From the NCBI GenBank assembly GCA_950097015.1, contig CATNEN010000012.1:3348001-3412000 (forward strand): DNA of 64,000 nucleotides, in the 5' to 3' direction. Numbering within the stretch: the stretch's first letter is position 1; each line of letters begins with the position of its first letter. This stretch comes from Macrostomum hystrix (taxonomy: Eukaryota > Animalia > Platyhelminthes). Positions 21,401 through 33,950 of this stretch are shown in pieces. Below the pieces are notes generated by a model that made no database searches, was not told where the DNA came from, and saw nothing but the letters and a program-made list of their open reading frames with translations. The translations under genes were made by a program, and so were the position numbers.

Positions 21401-24400
21401 TTCTTCCTGATTCCAGAATTCTCAAATAACAGGAGGCTGACCTGAGTAGCGATGAAGCACCGTTCGGCAAGCCCCGCCCCGCGCACGTAGTTCGCATTGA
21501 TGTAGCCGCCATTGGCCAGGACGACGCGGGTGGCCGCATTGGGCACAATGCTGGCGTAGCGATTCTTGGCCGCAGCGGCCGCTTCCGGCAGCTCCTCGCG
21601 ACCTGCGTGGTGCATCGGCACAGACCAGAATTCACGGAACAGCCGGGCCTGCGGACTGACTGCCGGGTCTAGTAGGTCCTCGGTTCGCAACGGCTGGCTA
21701 AGGGATCTGTAATTGGGGATTATATTGCCTTGGTGAGTTGCTTGCACTGTTTTCCTATGGTCTCTTTATTTACAGTCGCTTTCCTATCTTTCAAGTCTTA
21801 GCTCGGTAGACATAGTGGCTCCCCGGTAGCTTCGCTGTCTGCTTGGTAGCTTTCCTTTCTGCCCGGTAGCTTCCCTGTCAGCCTGGTAGCTTCTCTGTCT
21901 GCCTGGTAGCTTCCCTGTCAGCCTGGTAGCTTCTCTGTCTGCCTGGTAGCTTCCCTGTCTGCCTGGTAGCTTTCCTGTCTGCCTGGTAGCTTTCCTGTCT
22001 GCCTGGTAGCTTCCCTGTCTGCCTGGTAGCTTTCCTGTCTGCCTGGTAGCTTTCCTCTCTGCCTGGTAGCTCCTCTGCCTACCCAGTAGCTCCCCTGTCT
22101 ACCAAGTAGCTTCAGTGTCTACCCAGAAGATTCCCTGCCTACCCAATAGCTCCCCTGTCTACCCAATAGCTCCCCTGTCTACCAAGTAGCTTCCGTGTCC
22201 ACCCAGAAGATTCCCTGTCGACTCAGCAGGCGCTCAGAGTGCTCACTCAAGCAGGATGCGCTCCTTGTCCTTGTCCGGCGTGTTGGCCGCCACCCGCAGC
22301 GCCTCGCAGCTGGGACTCAGCGAGATGGTCAGACTGGCCGACGAGCCCCGCCTGGAGCCCAGCAAGCCGAGGCCGCCCTGCCGACGGCTATTGCTACTCT
22401 GCCGGCTCGCCGGGCGATGCTGCGACAACGACTGGTGATGCTGCTGATTCGCCAGCGGCTGCTGCTGCTGCGGCGACTGGCACAACGGCGAAGAGGCCGC
22501 TGAAATTGACGACGAAGCCGAGGCCGACGACGAGGCCGAGATTGGTTGAACGCGTCGCTGAATCAGGCTGGGCGTCACCAGCGGCGGATAGCTGGCGCTG
22601 AGGGTGTCCCCGAATCCGGCGCAGGCATCGCCGCCGATATCGTCTCTGTCGCTGACGCCGCCGACGACGCAGGACTTACCGCTGTAAAAATGACGCCTGC
22701 AGAACCACTGCGGTGCGTGCAAGGAGCGGGGTGGAGGCGGTAAACTTTGTATTTCTTTGTAAACTAGCTCATTACTACGAGTATTATAGCATTATAGGGG
22801 GGTGAGTGGCAGAGCGGGCAAACATATTAGCTTCTCGCACCAAGTACACACATGTGTGCGTGTGTTCTCAGGAGTCAGTGGAATGGGCAGAATTGCCTCT
22901 CGCTGGCTGCAGGTCTAGTGTCACCAAATTGGGTGCGAGAGCAAATATTACTACTTACTATTATTATAATAAGATTATAAAGTACCTAATTACACATGCC
23001 ACAATCTGAACAGAGACAGCACAAAACAGCACAGGCTGCGTAGAAGGCTGTTCAGTCCATGGACTGGAGGGATGTCATACCCCCACCCTTAATTACCCCA
23101 GCTAATGCTGACTGAAATTTAACTGAATAACTGAATAAATGCAGAATTAAAAGGCTTGCGACAGGACACGACTTCTTCCAATGAAGTCAAGAATCGAACC
23201 CCCGACATTCAAGTCGTGAGTCCGGCGCAGCAACCATTAGGCTAATTTATTGATTATTAATTGTTGATTACTCACACTCATAGATCCTCAGGTGAACGAT
23301 TTGAGGCCTCCAATGAAGTTTATTTGCTTTGTAGCGAAAGAAAGATGAATTAAAGCAAAGCAATTCGAAGCCTTTCAATATCTTGAATTAGTGTTCGTGC
23401 TGCCCTGCTGTGCAGGTGCCCCCCTGTCCTCTTGTTAGCTATAAACGCAAACCCATGCAGGAAACCAAGCTAATTTAGCAATGACTGTATAATTTTTTCT
23501 GTTACTTACTTTTTCTCTTACCTTTTCTGGCTCTTCTACACAAGCAGAGAAGCAAATTGGTAAACAGGCAGGCACACACACACACTCACACACACACACC
23601 TGAAACTCGAGTAGAAAGACTTTAACCCCCCTGGATTTAGATTCTAGCTAAATTTGGCGCAGATCAGCGCGCGTACATTAGCGCAGACAATCCTTATTAA
23701 ATTAATTTTACGACTAATTAAACATTTTGTGAAAAAAAAACATTAGTACTATTTTTATTACGCTCAAAAACAGATACGCCTTTTCAGTTTTTGCTATCGT
23801 GCCTTCGAAGCTCAAAGCCTGTTATTCCTCCTTGACAGTTTCATCTTCCGGTGCGGAGACTTGGCCGTGAGTCACGCACGCGGGACGTGACGGATGGAAA
23901 ATTCCAAGCGACAGCCACTACTAGGCGCTCTCTTTTCGGCGAAATTTACAATATAATATGTATATTGGATTGAATATTGCTTTCGACAGGCGTTAGTTCG
24001 ATCAACAAGAAAACTCTAAAACTGCAGTGCATTAACAGTGATAAATATTGTACCACAGCCCCCATGACAGCAGGGAAGATGTATCACAGCCCCCGTGACA
24101 GCAGGGAAGATGTGCCACAGCCCCCGTGACAGCAGGGAAGATGTATCACAGCCCCCGTGACAGCAGGGAAGATGTATCACAGCCCCCGTGACAGCAGGGA
24201 AGATGTATCACAGCCCCCGTGACAGCAGGGAAGATGTACCACAGCCCCCGTGACAGCAGGGAAGATGTATCACAGCCCCCGTGACAGCAGGGAAGATGTG
24301 CCACAGCCCCCGTGACAGCAGGGAAGATGTACCACAGCCCCCGTGACAGCAGGGAAGATGTATCACAGCCCCCGTGACAGCAGGGAAGATGTATCACAGC

Positions 24401-25565
24401 CCCCGTGACAGCAGGGAAGATGTACCACAGCCCCCGTGACAGCAGGGAAGATGTGCCACAGCCCCCGTGACAGCAGGGAAGATGTACCACAGCCCCCGTG
24501 ACAGCAGGGAAGATGTACCACAGCCCCCGTGACAGCAGGGAAGATGTATCACAGCCCCCGTGACAGCAGGGAAGATGTACCACAGCCCCCGTGACAGCAG
24601 GGAAGATGTACCACAGCCCCCGTGACAACAGTGAAGATGTACCACAGCCCCCGTGACAGCAGGAAAGATGTACCACAGCCCCCGTGACAGCAGGGAAGAT
24701 GTATCACAGCCCCCGTGACAGCAGGGAAGATGTATCACAGCCCCCGTGACAGCAGGGAAGATGTATCACAGCCCCCGTGACAGCAGGGAAGATGTACCAC
24801 AGCCCCCGTGACAACAGTGAAGATGTACCACAGCCCCCGTGACAGCAGGAAAGATGTACCACAGCCCCCGTGACAGCAGGGAAGATGTACCACAGCCCCC
24901 GTGACAGCAGGGAAGATGTATCACAGCCCCCGTGACAGCAGGGAAGATGTATCACAGCCCCCGTGACAGCAGGGAAGATGTATCACAGCCCCGTGACAGC
25001 AGGCAAGATGTTCCACAGCCCCAGTGACCCGGCCCGTAGCCCCTTCCAACACCAACAGTCTCCCTGTTCATTTTACCCCTGCCTTATCTCTCTCCCGTAT
25101 CTCATTCCTCCCGTGTCTCATCCCTCCCTTGTCTCATCCCTCCCGTGTCACATCCATCCCGTGTCTCATCTCTCCCGTGTCTCATCCCTCCCGTGTCTCA
25201 TCCCTCCCGTGTCACATCCATCCCGTGTCTCATCTCTCCCGTGTCTCATTCCTCCCGTGTCTCAACCCTCCCGTGTCTCATCTCTTCTCTGTCTCATATT
25301 TTTACTGTCAATTCGTCCCGCTGTCGTCTTTTAGGCTCTCTTTGGCCTGCTAGCTAATAAGTTTGCCGACCCCTGGGCTACATGCTCCATAGTGAAATAG
25401 GAGGCTCCCTGGTGCACCCCAGCAACTCACAATGAGCAGGAGGACCGCCAGCAGCAGCATGGCGGCGCCGCCTCCTGCGGCCAGCGGGATTAGCCATTCA
25501 GGCTGGTGACGGACTTCGGCTGCGAGTTGCTGGGCTCGAGCCCCGGACGCAGGCAGCACTCGCAT
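18417..25565 (-). CDS. PTPRR: Transmembrane KIM-family protein tyrosine phosphatase (PTPRR/PTPN5/PTPN7-like); exons 25565-25431, 22707-22247, 21706-21442, 20777-20544, 18779-18417 (485 aa)
   Basis: TM segment WLIPLAAGGGAAMLLLAVLLLI|WFC; KIM-like GLLGSRRGSSASLTISL; intact catalytic motifs KNRY, YINAN, IATQ|GPL, DFWQMVW, WPD, VHCSAGLGRTG and MVQSHEQY. Junctions are canonical and phase-consistent. The true 5' end is uncertain, and the symbol names the family rather than a proven one-to-one ortholog. Confidence 0.9.
19012..19548. repeat. 21-bp minisatellite TAGCTAGATCTCTTTAAGCAG in PTP intron
   Basis: Direct tandem units. Confidence 0.95.
19568..20530. repeat. 21-bp minisatellite CCAGATCCCATCATTCTCAAG in PTP intron
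   Basis: Direct tandem units; source of the 294-aa and 361-aa ORFs. Confidence 0.95.
20865..21395. repeat. Composite 20/26-bp and 18-bp arrays with CCAGTAGCCTT core in PTP intron
   Basis: Direct tandem units. Confidence 0.9.
21820..22215. repeat. 20-bp minisatellite CCTGGTAGCTTCCCTGTCTG in PTP intron
   Basis: Direct tandem units. Confidence 0.9.
23010..23245 (-). mobile_element. tRNA-derived SINE, copy A (in PTP intron)
   Basis: The reverse complement has a tRNA-like head (GGACTCACGACTTGAATGTCGGGGGTTCGATTC, B box) and shares the body CAGTCCATGGACTGAACAGCC with copies B and C. Confidence 0.75.
24053..25025. repeat. 31-bp minisatellite CACAGCCCCCGTGACAGCAGGGAAGATGTAT in PTP intron
   Basis: Direct tandem units. 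Confidence 0.95.
25090..25285. repeat. 16-bp repeat CATCCCTCCCGTGTCT
   Basis: Direct tandem units. Confidence 0.9.
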
Positions 25566-26834
25566 TGACCCCCGCTGCCTCCTTTGAGTAGATTTGATTC
25601 AGTTCAGCGTCTGGTCGCAAGTTTCAACGATAGCTGGCGTCTCCGGGAGCCTTGACAATGTAAGTGGGATTCAATTTTAGCTGAGCTTTTTGGGACTTCA
25701 GTCAGCCTAGAAACAAACTGTTCTGCATGTTAATCGCCTAACACTAGGTAGAAACGCAAAAGTGGATATGAAATTTTCTAACTCAGCGTTCGATGAGAAA
25801 ATGGAGAAAAAACAAAAAAATACGATTCTCAATCCTTCTTTCTGCCCCCTTTGCTAAGCTTTCAGCAACTATTTTCTCCCGTAGTGTCCACCTCTCTCCT
25901 CCCCTACTCTTTCTGTCTCTTTCTTTCTGGCTCACTACAAAATCCCGTGTCCGCTCGTCCTCTCCTCTCCTCTCTGAGAGACTCACCCAATTCTGCATCG
26001 TGCTCAGTCCTTCCCGCCCGCTCAACCCAGATCCCCAAATCCCCTGATCATATGGGGCGCCCAACTCTTGCCTGCTCCAGTTGTGAGGCAGGTCGCATGT
26101 TTTCCCTCGGGGTAGATTTTATGAATGGGGGGCCAGTCCCTCCACCATACTCCCCATGCCGTTCTCCCGCCGGTGTACTCTTAACGCGCCCTGCGGCCTA
26201 CGCTGGATACCGGCCACCCCCTCTCCAAGTCATTCATGCTCAGTCTGACTCCCCTTCCGCCAGCCCACGCAGTTCGCATCCCCTCCTCTCCGCTGTCTCC
26301 TTGTTCTCCCCCCAGTTCTCCCTCCCTGCCTCCCTTCCCGCCTTGGGGAGCCGACGCCCTTTAAGGCAGAGACCGCGTTGATGAGCGAGTGCGATGCGAC
26401 CCGCGCCGTGCGTGGGCGGCGCTTCCGTTTCAGCCCAAGCCAGCCACCCCTCCTCCCTTTCCGGCCCGCGTGGCGACACTGGGGACTGCAGAATGTCGAA
26501 CTGAGAGTGGCTGGGCACTTTAAGACTCTCTGCGCCTAACAGTGGAGTCCACTCTTAACGGGGGGATGATAACGGGGGAACTCCATCCGTGTCAAACTCC
26601 ATTCAGAATGTCACATTGTCTGCGCACTAAATGCACTTGTTTATCTAAATCAATGTATTCAGCGTGCACAGTGCTGCTTTTTCCTGTTTTGATGCCTCAT
26701 TGTTGACATAGCCGAGTGCGCACTTTTAGAAGCCTAACAGTCAGCGAGTGCATTCACGGTACGCCGAGGTGAAGAAAATGAACTAGCAGGCCCCATTGGG
26801 TAAATCACACCCTATGCGTAAAGCACTTCCCGAA

Positions 26835-27680
26835 ATCTCACCCGACAACAGTGCGACAGTACAGGAATCTCACCTGACAGCAGTGAGACAGTACAGGAAT
26901 CTCACCCGACAACAGTGAGAAAGTACAGGAATCTCACCTGACAACACTGAGACAGTACAGGAATCTCACCTGACAACAGTGAGACAGTACAGGAATCTCA
27001 CCTGACAACAGTGAGACAGTACAGGAATCTCACCTGACAACACTGAGACAGAACAGGAATCTCACCCGACAACAGTGAGACAGTACAGGAATCTCACCTG
27101 ACAACAGTGAGACAGTACAGGAATCTCACCCGACAACAGTGAGACAGTACAGGAATCCCACCTGACAACACTGAGACAGTACAGGAATCTCACCTGACAA
27201 CAGTGAGACAGTACAGGAATCTCACCTGACAACACTGAGACAGTACAGAAATCTCACCTGACAATACTGAGACAGTACAGGAATCTCACCTGACAACACT
27301 GAGACAGTACAGGAATCTCACCTGACAACACTGAGACAGAACAGGAATCTCACCTGACAACACTGAGACAGAACAGGAATCTTACCTGACAACAGTGAGA
27401 CAGTACAGGAATCTCACCTGACAACACTGAGACAGAACAGGAATCTTACCCGACAACAGTGAGACAGTACAGGAATCTCACCTGACAACAGTGAGACAGT
27501 ACAGGAATCTCACCTGACAACAGTGAGACAGTACAGGAATCTCACCTGACAACAGTGAGACAGTACAGGAATCTCACCTGACAACAGTGAGACAGTACAG
27601 GAATCTCACCTGACAACACTGAGACAGAACAGGAATCTCACCTGACAACACTGAGACAGAACAGGAATCTCACCTGATGA
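26835..27680. repeat. 32-bp minisatellite GACAGTACAGGAATCTCACCTGACAACAGTGA
   Basis: Direct tandem units. Confidence 0.95.
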
Positions 27681-28289
27681 AAATAAAATAGCAATGAATC
27701 GAAGTTTTGACTGGTTGCAGTGTCAGAATCTCCGATAATGAAAACAAGAAGTCATTTAATGACAGCAGTAGGAGATGGGGAATGACACACTAACAATCTG
27801 TTTATATAGACTTTAAGGAAAGCACTTTCCTTTTTGTGGAGGCTCAGTGAGGCAAAGAATCTATCCTCAATTAGCTGGAAGTTCAGACTCATAAACGACC
27901 ACCCAATAATACGCTCTAGGGTGGAATGGAAGCTAAAGTGACGGAAATTCATGCATGGATTCAGCGGTTTTTCACTTTCAAATTCATGCCGACATGGCTT
28001 TGCGGCCGCCTACTCACTGACGAGTCCGGTCACGCCCCCGCCACCTCCGTGGCACTGCAGCGGGGGATGGCCGTCATAAATTATTCCGAACTATTGTAGC
28101 AGTTGCTTCTGTTCTCAACCGCCCACAGATACAGTTTCATGATGGTTAGGTCAGCTGATGTCATAAAAATGAGAATCAGAAAGTTTGCCACTAACATTTT
28201 CTGGTAGTTAGCACCCGGAGTTTTCTAAAAGTAGGATTTTTTGCTATGAATGTGAAGTTTAATAGCGGTCTTCTAGTTGAGAAAGGCTT

Positions 28290-31195
28290 TCTAGTGGAGA
28301 TTCTGGGTATTCTAGTGAAGATTCTGGGTATTCTAGTGGAGATTCTGGGTATTCTAGTGGAGATTCTGGGTCTTCTAGTGGAGATTCTTGGTCTTCTAGT
28401 GGAGATTCTGGGTATTCTAGTGGAGATTCTGGGTTCTTCTAGTGGAGATTCTTGGTATTCTAGTGAAGATTCTGGGTATTCTAGTGGAGATTCTTGGTCT
28501 TCTAGTGGAGATTCTGGGTCTTCTAGTGAAGATTCAGGGTATTCTAGTGGAGATTCTTGGTCTTCTAGTGGAGATTCTGGGTCTTCTAGTGGAGATTCTG
28601 GGTCTTCTAGTGGAGATTCTTGGTCATTTAGTGGAGATTCTTGGTCTTCTAGTGGAGATTCTTGGTCATTTAGTGGAGATTCTGGGTTCTTCTAGTGGAG
28701 ATTCTGGGTATTCTAGTGGAGATTCAGGGTCTTCTAGTGGAGATTCTTGGTATTCTAGTGGAGATTCTGGGTCTTCTAGTGGAGATTCTGGGTCTTCTAG
28801 TGGAGATTCTGGGTCTTCTAGTGGAGATTCTTGGTCATTTAGTGGAGATTCTTGGTCTTCTAGTGGAGATTCTTGGTCATTTAGTGGAGATTCAGGGTCT
28901 TCTAGTGGAGATTCTGGGTATTCTAGTGGAGATTCTGGGTCTTCTAGTGGAGATTCTTGGTCTTCTAGTGGAGATTCTGGGTCTTCTAGTGGAGATTCTT
29001 GGTCTTCTAGTGGAGATTCAGGGTCTTCTAGTGGAGATTCTTGGTCTTCTAGTGGAGATTCTTGGTCTTCTAGTGAAGATTCTGGGTATTCTAGTGGAGA
29101 TTCTGGGTCTTCTAGTGGAGATTCTGGGTCTTCTAGTGAAGATTCTGGGTATTCTAGTGGAGATTCTTGGTCATTTAGTGGAGATTCTTGGTCTTCTAGT
29201 GGAGATTCTTGGTCATTTAGTGGAGATTCTGGGTTCTTCTAGTGGAGATTCTGGGTATTCTAGTGGAGATTCTTGGTCTTCTAGTGGAGATTCTGGGTCT
29301 TCTAGTGGAGATTCTTGGTCTTCTAGTGGAGATTCTTGGTATTCTAGTGAAGATTCTGGGTATTCTAGTGGAGATTCTTGGTCTTCTAGTGGAGATTCTG
29401 GGTCTTCTAGTGGAGATTCTGGGTCTTCTAGTGAAGATTCTGGGTATTCTAGTGGAGATTCTTGGTCATTTAGTGGAGATTCTTGGTCTTCTAGTGGAGA
29501 TTCTTGGTCATTTAGTGGAGATTCTGGGTTCTTCTAGTGGAGATTCTGGGTATTCTAGTGGAGATTCTTGGTCTTCTAGTGGAGATTCTGGGTCTTCTAG
29601 TGGAGATTCTTGGTATTCTAGTGGAGATTCTTGGTCTTCTAGTGGAGATTCTTGGTATTCTAGTGAAGATTCTGGGTATTCTAGTGGAGATTCTTGGTCT
29701 TCTAGTGGAGATTCTGGGTCTTCTAGTGGAGATTCTGGGTCTTCTAGTGAAGATTCTGGGTATTCTAGTGGAGATTCTTGGTCATTTAGTGGAGATTCTT
29801 GGTCTTCTAGTGGAGATTCTTGGTCATTTAGTGGAGATTCTGGGTTCTTCTAGTGGAGATTCTGGGTATTCTAGTGGAGATTCTTGGTCTTCTAGTGGAG
29901 ATTCTGGGTCTTCTAGTGGAGATTCTTGGTATTCTAGTGGAGATTCTTGGTCTTCTAGTGGAGATTCTTGGTATTCTAGTGAAGATTCTGGGTATTCTAG
30001 TGGAGATTCTGGGTTCTTCTAGTGGAGATTCTGGGTATTCTAGTGGAGATTCTTGGTCTTCTAGTGGAGATTCTGGGTCTTCTAGTGGAGATTCTGGGTT
30101 CTTCTAGTGGAGATTCTTGGTATTCTAGTGAAGATTCTGGGTCTTCTAGTGGAGATTCTTGGTCTTCTAGTGGAGATTCTGGGTCTTCTAGTGGAGATTC
30201 TGGGTTCTTCTAGTGGAGATTCTGGGTCTTCTAGTGGAGATTCTGGGTTCTTCTAGTGGAGATTCTGGGTCTTCTAGTAGAGATTCAGGGTCTTCTAGTG
30301 GAGATTCTGGGTCTTCTAGTGGAGATTCTGGGTTCTTCTAGTGGAGATTCTGGGTCTTCTAGTAGAGATTCAGGGTCTTCTAGTGGAGATTCTGGGTCTT
30401 CTAGTGGAGATTCTGGGTTCTTCTAGTGGAGATTCTGGGTCTTCTAGTAGAGATTCAGGGTCTTCTAGTAGAGATTCAGGGTCTTCTAGTGGAGATTCTT
30501 GGTCTTCTAGTGGAGATTCTGGGTCTTCTAGTGGAGATTCTGGGTCTTCTAGTGGAGATTCTTGGTCTTCTAGTGGAGATTCTGGGTTCTTCTAGTGGAG
30601 ATTCTGGGTCTTCTAGTGGAGATTCTTGGTCTTCTAGTGGAGATTCTGGGTTCTTCTAGTGGAGATTCTGGGTCTTCTAGTGGAGATTCTGGGTATTCTA
30701 GTGGAGATTCTGGGTCTTCTAGTGAAGATTCTGGGTATTCTAGTGAAGATTCTGGGTCTTCTAGTGGAGATTCTGGGTTCTTCTAGTGGAGATTCTGGGT
30801 CTTCTAGTAGAGATTCAGGGTCTTCTAGTGGAGATTCTTGGTATTCTAGTGAAGATTCTGGGTATTCTAGTGGAGATTCTTGGTCTTCTAGTGGAGATTC
30901 TGGGTATTCTAGTGGAGATTCTGGGTCTTCTAGTGAAGATTCTGGGTATTCTAGTGGAGATTCAGGGTCTTCTAGTGGAGATTCTTGGTATTCTAGTGAA
31001 GATTCTGGGTATTCTAGTGGAGATTCTTGGTCTTCTAGTGGAGATTCTGGGTCTTCTAGTGGAGATTCTGGGTATTCTAGTGAAGATTCTGGGTATTCTA
31101 GTGAAGATTCTGGGTATTCTAGTGGAGATTCTTGGTCATCTAGTGGAGATTCGGGGTATTCCAGTGGAGATTCTGGGTATTTTAGTGGAGAAAAA
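28290..31195. repeat. 21/22-bp minisatellite TCTAGTGGAGATTCTGGGTCT with higher-order blocks
   Basis: Direct tandem units; source of the VEILGLL/SSGDSGS ORF stack. Confidence 0.97.
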
Positions 31196-31904
31196 TTTTC
31201 CGACTTGTTCAAATTGAGGCTTTGAATAAAATCAAAGCTTTGACTAAGAGATTAATAAATTGCACTCACCCAGATTTAGTCGAAGGTATCGTTAAAAACA
31301 GGGGACAGTTAAAGGTAATTAATCATAAAAACAAAAACGGTACTAAATTGAACTCGATTTAATAAGCAATGCAGGGAGGGAACAAGCAGGGCCAAAACAG
31401 TTGAGAAAAAAATATGTTTTATCAGACAAAGTTAAGCCTGCGGATAAGAGGAACTTACACGGCGATGCACGCACACCGCTTTAAGATAAGGCCAAATCCT
31501 ATACATTCCTATGAACAAAATTCCCTTCATAATTTTCCGCTCTTAGCTGTACCGACTAGGCAAAGTGTGACGTAAATATGGCGAATTGTATTTGGATTTG
31601 GACTTGGAACTCGAAATTGACGCCTTATCAAATTCGGTAGATTATATAAAGCCAGTACGACTCAAAATTTATTATTCAATATTTGCACAATGTTAATATT
31701 GTATTTATCGCAGCTGTGCCAGTAAATAAATATATAGTACTTAAAAAAGCATGGCAATAGGACGATATATGGCTATTTACCGGGATACTAAAACTGTTAA
31801 CTGGCTTTGCACTCTACTGCTAATATAGTTTTAACATCTAATAAATGCAACAGTCACAGGCACGGATCCAAAATATATTTTTTGTATAAAATGACAATAA
31901 CATC

Positions 31905-32275
31905 ATTAGCTTTAGTGACAGAATCATCAGCTTTAGTGACAGAATCATCAGCTTTAGTGACAGTATCGTCAGCTTTAGTGACAGTATCGTCAGCTTTAGT
32001 GACAGAATCATCAGCTTTAGTGACAGTATCATCAGCTTTAGTGGCAGCACCATCAACTTTAATGACAGCATCATCAGCTTTAATGACAGAATCATCAACT
32101 TTAATGACAGCATCATCAGCTTTAGTGACAGAATCATCAGCTTTAATGACAGCATCATCAGCTTTAATGACAGCATCATCAACTTTAATGACAGAATCAT
32201 CAGCTTTAATGACAGCTTCATCAACTTTAATGACAGCATCATCAACTTTAATGACAGTATTATCAGCTAATTTAA
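31905..32275. repeat. 21-bp minisatellite TCATCAGCTTTAGTGACAGAA
   Basis: Direct tandem units. Confidence 0.93.
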
Positions 32276-33049
32276 CAGAATCACCAGCTAACGTTTCATA
32301 CATCACAAAAACTGCCGGAATATATCTCATAGTATAAAGAATTCCAGCATAGTTTATTCACATACAGTCAAGCTACTGTAAATAGTATTTATAGAATTGC
32401 AAGGCTGTAAAGTCAGTCCACTCTTATTTGGTCCGGTCGTGTGTCCACCCTAGAATTTTTAACGACAGTTTTTTCAAAACGACGATTATATTTGAGAAAG
32501 TGCAGATCGCTTTTTGTACAAGTTGAGCTAACTATAAAATTAAAGCTCCAGAACAAGGAATGCTGTTTATAATCCTTCGTTAAGATTCAAAGCGTGCAAC
32601 ATGCGGTTCAGCAATTCAGCAACATTCCACAGGTAATATATCTTTTTCAATGGTCATTTGTCATAGTTATCAAGTTTTAGAGAAAATAGACACTGCATTT
32701 GAATAGGAGGGATAAGGACAGGCGGAAAGCCAGCAGAAGGTACTGGCGGCTAGATCAAAGGAAAAAAGATTCAAGAGAAGGTGTAGGGCCTCAAATAAAA
32801 AACGCTGCACACCAGAAACTGCAGCGCGAAAGTAAAACAAAAGGTAGGCGCGGAGAAGAAAAAAGGGCTCTATGAGAGCATTAGGGGATTATAAAGATCT
32901 CGAGGAAAAAAGTAAGCCGCTGCAGTGGTCCATTGTCAGAGATTTTTCAATTTGCTATGAATCACAAGTAAGCGAAAAAAGTACAACTATGAGAGCTTGT
33001 TTTTGTCTGCCTATTTTTTTATTTCATTCCTGTTTCATAATAAAATATT

Positions 33050-33950
33050 GATGGTGAAGAAGTCTGTTTGCTGGAGTATCGATCGATGGTGGAAAAAGCT
33101 ATTTGCTGGAGTATCGATCGATGGTTGAGAAGGCTGTCTGCTGGAGGTATCGATTGATGGTTGAGAAGGCTGTCTGCTGGAGTATCGATCGATGGTTGAG
33201 AAGGCTGTTTGCTGGAGTATCGATCGATGGTTGAGAAGGCTGTCTGCTGGAGTATCGATTGATGGTGGAGAAGGCTGTCTGCTGGAGGTATCGATTGATG
33301 GTTGAGAAGGCTGTCTGCTGGAGTATCGATCGATGGTTGAGAAGGCTGTTTGCTGGAGTATCGATTGATGGTGGAGAAGGCTGTCTGCTGGAGGTATCGA
33401 TTGATGGTGGAGAAGGCTGTCTGCTGGAGTATCGATTGATGGTTGAGAAGGCTGTCTGCTGGAGGTATCGATTGATGGTGGAGAAGGCTGTCTGCTGGAG
33501 GTATCGATTGATGGTGGAGAAGGCTGTCTGCTGGAGGTATCGATTGATGGTGGAGAAGGCTGTCTGCTGGAGTATCGATTGATGGTTGAGAAGGCTGTCT
33601 GCTGGAGGTATCGATTGATGGTGGAGAAGGCTGTCTGCTGGAGTATCGATTGATGGTGGAGAAGGCTGTCTGCTGGAGTATCGATCGATGGTTGAGAAGG
33701 CTGTTTGCTGGAGTATCGATCGATGGTTGAGAAGGCTGTTTGCTGGAGTATCGATTGATGGTGGAGAAGGCTGTCTGCTGGAGTATCGATCGATGGTTGA
33801 GAAGGCTGTCTGCTGGAGTATCGATTGATGGTGGAGAAGGCTGTCTGCTGGAGTATCGATCGATGGTTGAGAATGCTGTTTGCTGGAGTATCGATCGATG
33901 GTTGAGAAGGCTGTTTGCTGGAGTATCTATCGATCGATGGTGGAGAAAGC
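33050..33950. repeat. 35/36-bp minisatellite GGAGTATCGATCGATGGTTGAGAAGGCTGTCTGCT
   Basis: Direct tandem units. Confidence 0.95.

Noticed and set aside
24146-24955. Cys-rich repeat ORFs (HLPCCHGGC)
   Set aside because: They are translations of the 31-bp intronic array; the period is not a multiple of 3, so all frames show the same text.
25783-26518. ORFs upstream of the PTP TM exon
   Set aside because: They are translations of a CT/GA-skewed tract that cannot be joined convincingly to the PTP frame; more likely leader or promoter DNA.
26835-27680. CRISPR-like appearance of the 29-37 bp arrays
   Set aside because: There are no unique spacers and no cas genes, and the context is eukaryotic and intron-rich.
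28246-31225. Stack of hydrophobic VEILGLL / SSGDS ORFs resembling membrane or silk-like proteins
   Set aside because: These are translations of the 21/22-bp array, starting mostly at GTG and broken at each 22-bp variant.
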